DNA from: a virus
Lineage: Duplodnaviria; Caudoviricetes
Virus record (IMG/VR): IMGVR_UViG_3300020258_000014
Coordinates: 1-39,506 of that record
Length of the DNA stretch: 39,506 bases
Direction: 5' to 3' (one strand)
Part shown: in pieces, positions 34,501 to 39,506 of the stretch
Position numbering within the stretch: the first letter of the stretch is position 1
Layout of the letters: each line of letters begins with the position of its first letter
The notes under the pieces: generated by a model
Databases searched by the model: none
Seen by the model: the letters and a program-made list of their open reading frames with translations, nothing else
Told to the model about the DNA's origin: nothing
Translations under genes and position numbers: made by a program

Positions 34501-37500
34501 TCGCCAGGAGTTGGTCAAACTTCTGCCATTGGTATTGTTACTGCTACTATACCTGGAATTGGAGCAACCACTCTTCTTCCTGAAGATCTCTTTGTTGTTA
34601 AAGTTGATGAGGGCAGGATGAAGTTTGCTGCTACTGCAGAGGATGCTCTTGCAGCTCCACCAGTCACCCTAACCATAAACTCAGTTGGTATTGGCAACTC
34701 TCATACAATTACTGCCAAGAAGCAAAATGCAAAAGCATTGGTTGCTATTGACAATATGATTCAAGCACCCATTTCACCAACAACTGTCACATCAGAACTT
34801 GCACAAAACATTGTGTTTGATTTGACCTTTAATACCACAGGAGTTACTTCTTTCTCATCTGGTGATATTATCAAGATTGATGATGAACTTATGACTATTG
34901 AATCTGTTGGATCATTTGGTATTCCAACAAACATTACTGTTCAAAGACCTAGACTTGGGACAACACTTGCTGAACACCTTTCTGGTGCAACAATCACTAA
35001 GTTCTCTGGTAACTATAATATTACTGGCAATAGACTTAACTTTGCATCTGCTCCCTATGGCAATATTCCTATTGGGACTTCAACAAATGCAGATCCTAAT
35101 GAGAGAGATTGGACTGGAATTACTTCTAGTTCAACATTCCAAGGTAGAACATTTATGAAGCGTGCTGGTTCTGGTACGACTCTTGAAACTTATAATGAAA
35201 ATCATGTATTTGATGATTTTTCTGGAGGATTCACTGGAGTTACTAGTATCTTTACACTCCAAGAGGGTGGTTCTAATGTAATTGGAATTACTTCAGACAC
35301 AGTAATCTTGACCAATAACATCTATCAAGCACCACAGGGAATTCAAGCAGTTCAAGGTGATTATCAGGTTATTGAAGATAATGGTATTTCATCCATCAGA
35401 TATAATGGTTCTAATCAACCAGAGGGTTATGATCCAAATAAGACACGATTCCCCATTGGTGGATTAATTGTTTCTGTTGGTTCAACTGAGGGTCATGGTT
35501 ACCAGAATCTGGTATCTGCTGCTGGAACAGCAACTGTATCTTCTGCTGGAACAATCTCTGCTATCAGTATTGGCAATAGTGGTTCTGGATACAGGGCAGG
35601 TTCACAAGTTGTTAATGTAGGAGTTCAAACATTCAATGGTGTAGTTCCATCTATTGAAAATATTGGAACAGCAACTATTAGTGGTGGTCATATTGTAAGT
35701 ATCAATATCACCAATCCTGGTTCTGGTTACACTTCAACCAACACTCCAGTGGTTGTGATTGACTCACCCTTGAGTTATTCAGATATTCCACTCACATATA
35801 CTTCATCTAGCACTGGTATTGGTCAAAGTGCAACTGTTGATATTGTCGTTGGAGCAGGTTCCAGTGTCATTAATTTTGAACTTAGAGATTTTGGTTATTC
35901 ATATAATCCTGGACAAATACTAACTGTTCCCACTGGTGGTTTAACTGGTATACCTCTTGATACATCATCTTCATTCAAAGAGTTCCAGATAACAATTGAA
36001 TCCACTTATAGTGATCAGTTCAATGGATTTAGTGTTGGAGAATTTGAAGTATTTGATAGTCTGGATAGTCAGTTTGATGGAACACAAAAATCATTTAAGT
36101 TGACTATTAATAACAGTCCAATTTCTATCAGATCTCAACCTGGTTCTAATATTGAAGTTGACAAAACGTTGCTTGTATTCATCAATGATATTTTACAAGA
36201 ACCTGGTGTTGCATATCAATTTGGAGGTGGTAGCGTAATCACATTCACTGAGGCACCAAAACCTGGTCTTGATGGTGTTGAGAATAGTGGTGATACATCC
36301 AAAGTTATCTTCTATAAGGGTGCTGGAGATGTTGATGTTGTATTCACAGATATCTTAGAAACAGTCAAGGTTGGTGATACTCTCAAGATTAGTAATAATC
36401 CTGAACTTGGACAACCAATCACTTTGAATCAAAACAAGAGAACTGTTACAGGGATCAATACCCTTGATTCTGTTGAAACAAATAATTATCCAGGTCCTGG
36501 TATTACAAGTATTCAAACCACTCTCAGACCAGTAACATGGTGTAAGCAAATTACTGATAAGTTTATCAATGGAAAATTTGTTGGCAAGGATAGGATTGAA
36601 TATGAACCACAAATTTATCCTGCATCTTATCTCATTCAACCACTTGGATTTAATACAACCATCGCATATGTTGATACTGTAAGACCACTGTTTGATTCTT
36701 CTAATGAAGCTCCCATTAGAAATTTCCAGAATAGTATTACAGTTGTTTCTCAAGATCCTAAAGTTGGAGCAATTGCAACTGCCACAGTGTCTGCTGGTGG
36801 TACAATCACTGCATTGAATATTACAAATGCAGGTGCTGGTTATACTTCATCCAGTGCTAACGTCACCATTGGGACTGGAACTACCACTGCAATTGCAACT
36901 GCTACAGTGTCTGTTGGTGGTACAATCACTGCACTGAATATTACAAATCCTGGTTCTGGTTATACATCAACCAATCCACCATCTGTTCTCATAGAACCAC
37001 CTACATTGTCTAAGGAAGAAATGTCTGTATCTTCTTATTCTGGTGATTATGGTTCAGTGGTTGGTTTTGGTCTAACAACAGGTTTATTAACTGCCAATCA
37101 ACAGATTATTTTTGACTTCTTTATTGATAAAGATTCATTTATGAGAGATCCTGTTTATGTTGGATCTGGTATAACAGTTAGTGGAATTAGTACTGGTGAC
37201 TTCTTTACTATCTTCAATTCTAATATCACTATTACCAATAATCCAGGAGATCCATTCTTTAGTGGATATAATGATGGATCTAATCTTGGAATCTCAACAC
37301 ATTTTATTGATAACACATATCAAGTTGGAGCAGTACAAACATTACAAGTTGATGTCCTTGGAATAGGAATGACCACTGTCAGAAGAGTCATAACCAATGT
37401 GGGTGGGATTAGCACAATTAGTTTTGGAATGGACAACCTAACATTTGACTCTAGTCAATTCACATTTGATAGTCAAACTTTCACTGTTTATCAGGGTGGA

Positions 37501-37668
37501 ATTAGTTCTAACTTTACTTTTGCTGAATTCAGTTGGGGTAAAATCAATGTTTCCAATAGAACTGGTGCTAATTCCTTCAATTCATATAATTTACAAGGTG
37601 TAACAGGTTTATCAACAAGTGCTTTGGTGACCAGAACTGCTTCCCTAAAATATAACAATTACACTTAA
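25564..37668 (+). CDS. gp7: giant baseplate wedge initiator (gp7-like) with repeated beta-domains and a YHYH-like domain
   Basis: Follows gp6; FLKEYY, FYKSKGT..SFEILFRALYG, YQNFSYSLKS...NHTAGFKKF; many GxGY repeats; 4034 aa. Confidence 0.8.
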   Translation: MAVDRVKFQDIIASRVPEYVRDDFPLLVDFLKEYYISQEVKGGAEDLISNLDQYLKVDELYNLKSSTILQGDITFLDTTITTSSNSNFTDGFPESKGLIQIDDEIILYETKTDTTFEGCTRGFSGVTDYIGTNTPDQLTFKETESADHKSGATIVNLNVKFLQEFFKRVKNQVIPGFSQRKLYSGLDERNFIFTADSFYKSKGTDQSFEILFRALYGVDVEVIKPSKFLIKPSDADYRITQDYVVEEYVGDPLDLKNLTFYQDRTKARGTITNVEKINYPDGDFYQIAIDYGYQRDIDVDGSIYGRFEPNPKTKIVNNVSVGSTVLDVDSTLSFPSSGKLSVLNVDGDENILSYSDKTLTQFLGVTTTTTNINSTSDISLDDYSYATGKNGEVRVKVVSTLTNLKLNEETYFFNKNDTINVKSIGLESTQKQAIPWLYNVKTKWTVSSFELIDATQKTYNIETFDDLFVRPGYKMSLTSSGGLSRTLTVQSVLSKTKIVAVLSGNITTAQFSQVWTLENQILKGSSTKYPQLNNINVNVLNVYEKFSGELLVASNSIPNYSSIPTNPYDREVSFSGSAVNDNLVVTPTSDHGFQSGDPVYYKPRVIKTTTTSSSGITQTTETVDSFDNISEGVYYVKRVSSTTIKLARSSSDIYNNKYITPVGSVTDSKFCYFRFYNKELSPQKIYREIKTPSTKVGEYRTSPGYTGVLINGVELINYKSFDTVYYGGIKGLNVNNRGQGYDVINPPLMTISDNTGVGATGVVAVEGSLKEVRIIDNGFDYVDEPVVIISGGQGTNASAKVNLASIDHSVQFNSGPGTKSGLSLSVNTIGFTTFHKFRDNERVVYVSNGIDGVAGLKTDADYYANVVDSLTITLHDNFNDAKAGINTVNLTGYGVGRQEFKSYEKKKIVSNIVVDQEGSGYKNKERLIVGVNTASNEITIDDHGYDEGEIVQYTAGSSPVAGLGATTEYYVVKISDSVFSLSEVGTGQTQSEYFYDNNIVTNLQSEGNGSFNYKPITVSVQGTIGVNTLTSQDFSCKVQPIFRGSIDSIDITNEGVGYGSSEVLNFTRQPVVNFNSGKDAQLTPIISNGRIVEVLINMGGSEYNSPPDLVITGIGSFARLTPIVSGGAITEVKVISGGAGYGSDTTIMVRPAGVDATVNTSINQWTVNLFARNLSNIGADDGIINTSIDGDTLEYSHLYPSRYLRETTYAVDANGNTIYSDNDLNKTNNIEIDSSKHSPILGWSYDGHPIYGPYAYATSSGGPIKRMISGYEVNLQTTNRPPVSQFAQGFFVEDFAFRGTGDLDESNGRYCITPDYPEGTYAYFTTIEETSDTSGAFNNYRRPVFPYVIGNSFNSEPNTFNFSTSSNHIEYDIEKNKWFRNTTPYHMNSPLSGYDYIFDSNTYKKQEIDVTSASAGNIQGVGILTGGRDYRVNDQLLFDNSFTNGKNAAAKVERVSGKVVNNISVTSTHVSDIEFIPYASKGQFVGYSSVPHDLSDGDLVNISGLSNYYDGLDGNYNIGVSTGSFVLLTGIGDTSVTGVTTYLEIGGAIQYPFIRPDDIMEVGGEKVKVLTLDRRNQRLQVLREQSGTIGTSHLALTKIFKDPRALTINSGAARTTQTLRLNNVLYFNPSEAVGLGTVLGTNIGTAVTFSNPGAGASSIVIPPQAIYYPNHGLEINDVVEYATNGGDSIQVWNGLTGAASTDVMSGLGTFFAVPLSSRFIGLSTNKVGISTITGQYVGVNTGAGLLYFTNVGSGVYHNLRTKRTNVVTGQLQKNVVTVSTASTHGLFVDDFINFNLKPKDEVVITVKYDDFNRRMVFNPKTFASGDVSTSENSILFSNNEFKTGDKVIHTSSSPSSGLINEEMYYVVLYTPTKIKLVRTKAEINSVNPNFVQITSASSGTLSKINPMVDVSRNNILKFDLSDSSLSFASNGIQYPAFELNLYSDPSFRTLFITTGDSPTFEVTKSGTVGVDGSLTLTINDEVPSALWYSFSTVNTSFSPLIKRDLIIDVNVDSNNQVNLVPTKFDGRQKVTGIGTTTFTFNIGSFPEVVSYGATNASPSYDTSSLTAYGSISDVVITNAGTGYRSLPGINTVRSGFGTDAILYPESQNIGKILNFRYSSNNIGFDYPTDETLRSIANLPEILEIEPLNSFERIGISSNGVNYLLAPDLVVVDGYTNKLMDGVQLSYAIGDNQVSIIKNTTELYETTPRIVPINNTNGIGIESLTYTNSTKKVRAQLNAIFSDEEDFPFVIGETVLVEGINVGLGTTGTGYNSSQHNYAYFPVVGVQTNLGGSGAFIDYDMSDVLLDGEEPGNATIPIKGRIIPTSHFPIFDISLRKNDYFQDEIVTNGRNQGKVESWNKNTEILKVSSSYEFKLNDTVRGLTSNTQGVIKTKYDFKAEIETGAGATVISGWDRNTGFLNDNLQRIPNNEYYQNFSYSLKSSVDFDTWNNAVGSLNHTAGFKKFADLEVESAAAPVGGQSVPIEAIDSNIETVVDIIGKGDLSCYYDYDNVTETSFSVNGLEFSDEILFENKILADYFQSVGNRVLSIDDISSQFNSNERSEPYEPISSFPGNYTYNKILTHARDRIFTDERQFAVVSLIQNENVAYMSQYACIETYPYLGYFDYLTTSDGWDLIFYPVKFEFNTYDVSTVSFSILNDKTTTGNQSFGDVAAVISEKAAIPPNASTTIVSVGTSYRALKVLTLIEHVSTDDFYSTELNILSNGTDVSILEYGSLNEAEGDYGSGIGTFGARITGGNIIVEFHSSVGSGLTANSAVVAITDGGTSIGSTDLVVSRVGSAYSSIAASGSPTANPIISYTAPYESMYGVLVVENNTDNEYEMFEFACINSSSNEAFVEYANISTGAGIGTVGVSTITNGVDVVYTPVANKAVEVRAYFQQLQINNENTNPTNIDLNNVVIDTDFEQYAGTRLSVIDSFELRHKGNDIFRRIFDGSSASIVDLANDQIIIPNHFYVTGENVSYSSPGVGQTSAIGIVTATIPGIGATTLLPEDLFVVKVDEGRMKFAATAEDALAAPPVTLTINSVGIGNSHTITAKKQNAKALVAIDNMIQAPISPTTVTSELAQNIVFDLTFNTTGVTSFSSGDIIKIDDELMTIESVGSFGIPTNITVQRPRLGTTLAEHLSGATITKFSGNYNITGNRLNFASAPYGNIPIGTSTNADPNERDWTGITSSSTFQGRTFMKRAGSGTTLETYNENHVFDDFSGGFTGVTSIFTLQEGGSNVIGITSDTVILTNNIYQAPQGIQAVQGDYQVIEDNGISSIRYNGSNQPEGYDPNKTRFPIGGLIVSVGSTEGHGYQNLVSAAGTATVSSAGTISAISIGNSGSGYRAGSQVVNVGVQTFNGVVPSIENIGTATISGGHIVSINITNPGSGYTSTNTPVVVIDSPLSYSDIPLTYTSSSTGIGQSATVDIVVGAGSSVINFELRDFGYSYNPGQILTVPTGGLTGIPLDTSSSFKEFQITIESTYSDQFNGFSVGEFEVFDSLDSQFDGTQKSFKLTINNSPISIRSQPGSNIEVDKTLLVFINDILQEPGVAYQFGGGSVITFTEAPKPGLDGVENSGDTSKVIFYKGAGDVDVVFTDILETVKVGDTLKISNNPELGQPITLNQNKRTVTGINTLDSVETNNYPGPGITSIQTTLRPVTWCKQITDKFINGKFVGKDRIEYEPQIYPASYLIQPLGFNTTIAYVDTVRPLFDSSNEAPIRNFQNSITVVSQDPKVGAIATATVSAGGTITALNITNAGAGYTSSSANVTIGTGTTTAIATATVSVGGTITALNITNPGSGYTSTNPPSVLIEPPTLSKEEMSVSSYSGDYGSVVGFGLTTGLLTANQQIIFDFFIDKDSFMRDPVYVGSGITVSGISTGDFFTIFNSNITITNNPGDPFFSGYNDGSNLGISTHFIDNTYQVGAVQTLQVDVLGIGMTTVRRVITNVGGISTISFGMDNLTFDSSQFTFDSQTFTVYQGGISSNFTFAEFSWGKINVSNRTGANSFNSYNLQGVTGLSTSALVTRTASLKYNNYT
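36769..36948 (+). repeat. near-identical 60-nt direct repeat with 120-nt period inside the gp7-like gene
   Basis: 36769-36828 vs 36889-36948 differ at 3 of 60 positions. Confidence 0.9.
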
Positions 37669-37674
37669 TAAATA
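37669..37674 (+). promoter_or_regulatory. late promoter TAAATA
   Basis: ATAAATA right after the gp7-like stop. Confidence 0.7.
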
Positions 37675-37695
37675 CTTCTAAAATCTGTCCTCAAT

Positions 37696-39048
37696 ATGGC
37701 AAAGCTAGGTATAAGCACAGGTACTACACCTAATGACGGTACAGGTGATACCCTGTTGGGTGGTGCAGAAAAGATCAATAGTAATTTTAATGAGATTTAC
37801 ACACTTATTGGTGATGGCACCAATTTAAGTACTCCTGTCACCTCAATTATTGCTGGTGACAACATTTCAATAAGTGGTTCAACTGGTGCTGTCACAATCA
37901 CTGGATTGGCAGATACCTCAAGAGTTGTTGCAAATACAGTTACAGTGAGTGGTGTTGTAACTGCATCATCATTTACAGGTTCTGCTGCAGGTTTGACAAA
38001 TATTCCTTCAATTCAACTAACAGGAACAATTAATGATGCTAGATTGCCAAGTACAATCACTTCAGATATTACTGGAAATGTTACTGGCAACTTAACTGGC
38101 AATGTAACTGGCAACTTAACTGGAAATGTTACTGGCAATGTTAGTGGAACTGCTGGCACCTTTACTACTCTAAGTGGTAATGGTGAATCTCTTACTGGTG
38201 TTGTGACATCAATTGTTGCTGGAACTAATATTACACTAACTGGTGGTCCAACAGGTATAGTTACTATCAATTCACTTGGTGGCAGTACTGCATCATTTGC
38301 ATCAGTTGCTGGGATTGCAACTTATACTTCTGAATGGACTCTTGGTGCTGATGGTTTTAACCACTATACCTTCACTGGTCCTGGATTTACTGGCGCAGAA
38401 AATGATCCTCCATTGTATTTGACAAGAGGGCAACAATATAAATTTACCAATAACATGAATGCTCATCCATTCAGGATTCAGAGCACCCCTAATGGATCAG
38501 CTGGAACTCAGTATAATGATGGTATTCCAACTAATAATGTTTCTAATGGAACTTTGACTTGGGATGTACAATTTGATGCTCCAAATATTCTTTATTATCA
38601 ATGCACAGCACACCCAAATATGGGAGGTCCCATTTATATCATACCAAGAAGTGAACCTGCAGTTGGAGTAAGAACTGATGTATCTGGAACCACAGGATCT
38701 GTTGGGGCAGGTCTTACAACCAACTTAGATATCACTGGATTTAAATCCTATGGACTTCTTAAAGTTGGTATCAGTAGTGCTGCTTGGGTTAGATTGTATG
38801 TTGATGAGGCATCAAGAACTTCAGATGCAAGTAGATCACACTTAACAGATCCCTCTCCAGGGTCAGGATTGATTGCAGAGGTTCGTTCAATATCTACTGG
38901 ATCAACCAGTTTCTTAATGACCCCTGGTGTTATTGGATGGAATAATGATGTTTCTGTTGGAAGTACAATATACTCAGCAGTAACAAATAATGAATCTGTA
39001 TCATCAACATTAACTGTTGATTTAACTGTAGTTAAGTTGGAAGACTAA
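37696..39048 (+). CDS. fibre/baseplate-attached protein with gp9/gp10-like N-terminus and cupredoxin-like segment
   Basis: PNDGTGDTL...KINSNFNEIY; TGN(V/L) repeats; HPF...YYQCTAHPNMGG. Confidence 0.75.
   Translation: MAKLGISTGTTPNDGTGDTLLGGAEKINSNFNEIYTLIGDGTNLSTPVTSIIAGDNISISGSTGAVTITGLADTSRVVANTVTVSGVVTASSFTGSAAGLTNIPSIQLTGTINDARLPSTITSDITGNVTGNLTGNVTGNLTGNVTGNVSGTAGTFTTLSGNGESLTGVVTSIVAGTNITLTGGPTGIVTINSLGGSTASFASVAGIATYTSEWTLGADGFNHYTFTGPGFTGAENDPPLYLTRGQQYKFTNNMNAHPFRIQSTPNGSAGTQYNDGIPTNNVSNGTLTWDVQFDAPNILYYQCTAHPNMGGPIYIIPRSEPAVGVRTDVSGTTGSVGAGLTTNLDITGFKSYGLLKVGISSAAWVRLYVDEASRTSDASRSHLTDPSPGSGLIAEVRSISTGSTSFLMTPGVIGWNNDVSVGSTIYSAVTNNESVSSTLTVDLTVVKLED
38071..38142 (+). repeat. six 12-nt units encoding TGN(V/L)
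   Basis: TGNVTGNLTGNVTGNLTGNVTGNV. Confidence 0.85.
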
Positions 39049-39506
39049 TGAACGAATATATAGTAACCTGTAAAAATAGAGAAGACTTAGTTGGATTATA
39101 TGATGATCTAGAAACTGTTGGGGGATCACTTTATATTCCTGACAGGGCAGTTGACCTTGTTTATAGAAGAGAAATCAGTCGTAACACTCATTACATGTTG
39201 ACTGAAGAGGAAGCAGTAGAGATTAGAAAGGATTCTAGAGTCATTGCATGTGAGCGTCCAATAAAATCTAGAGATAATGTACCTGCTCCAATCACAACTG
39301 AGGAACATTGGGAACAAACAGGTAATTTTGAAAAAACAATGTTTACTCTGGATTCTACTGATAAAAACTGGGGTCTTTACAGAATGATCGAGGGTGAAAC
39401 TTCTAGCAATTGGGGAAGTAATGGATCTCCACAATTGACTGGTAAAACTATAGCAACAGATGTATCAGGAAAGAATGTTGATGTTGTAATTGTTGACAGT
39501 CATATC
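39048..39506 (+). CDS. S8 (subtilisin-like) serine peptidase, N-terminal part (truncated by window end)
   Basis: Hand-translated open frame MNEYIVTCK...NWGLYR...SGKNVDVVIVDSHI; TAATG coupling; prodomain followed by the catalytic Asp motif. Confidence 0.7.
   Translation, partial: MNEYIVTCKNREDLVGLYDDLETVGGSLYIPDRAVDLVYRREISRNTHYMLTEEEAVEIRKDSRVIACERPIKSRDNVPAPITTEEHWEQTGNFEKTMFTLDSTDKNWGLYRMIEGETSSNWGSNGSPQLTGKTIATDVSGKNVDVVIVDSHI

Noticed and set aside
283-39434. Minus-strand ORFs of the supplied track (e.g. 654-971, 4392-4826, 12127-12612, 36355-36753, 39126-39434)
   Set aside because: They are antisense shadows of well-supported + strand genes with no motifs or initiation signals.

Overview
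Fragment of a T4-like (Kyanoviridae-type) cyanophage genome; essentially all real genes lie on the + strand. There are three zones. (1) 1-4.7 kb: late-expressed, tandemly duplicated three-gene modules (small fibre-like protein, ~115-aa conserved partner, glycine-rich protein), with TAAATA late promoters fused to upstream stop codons. (2) 4.7-20.5 kb: a hyperplastic island of about 50 mostly small ORFs. It includes a CP12-like gene, three HExxH proteins, two internal-protein-like genes, a putative nuclease, an SF2 helicase, a ParB/Srx-like protein and a ligase-like protein. Its core (10.09-18.69 kb) is divided into gene cassettes by 11 copies of a 29-45 bp element, GTTAGTWACCWCYAAANGTCYNC-TATAGT, and it ends in a gene-poor region with convergent promoters and hairpins. 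(3) 20.5-39.5 kb: a glycosyltransferase-like gene, a basic peptide and a SET-domain gene, then baseplate genes gp25, gp6 and a 4034-aa gp7-like protein, a gp9/gp10-like fibre protein with a cupredoxin-like motif, and the start of an S8 peptidase. All functional calls come from motif recognition by eye; no database searches were run.
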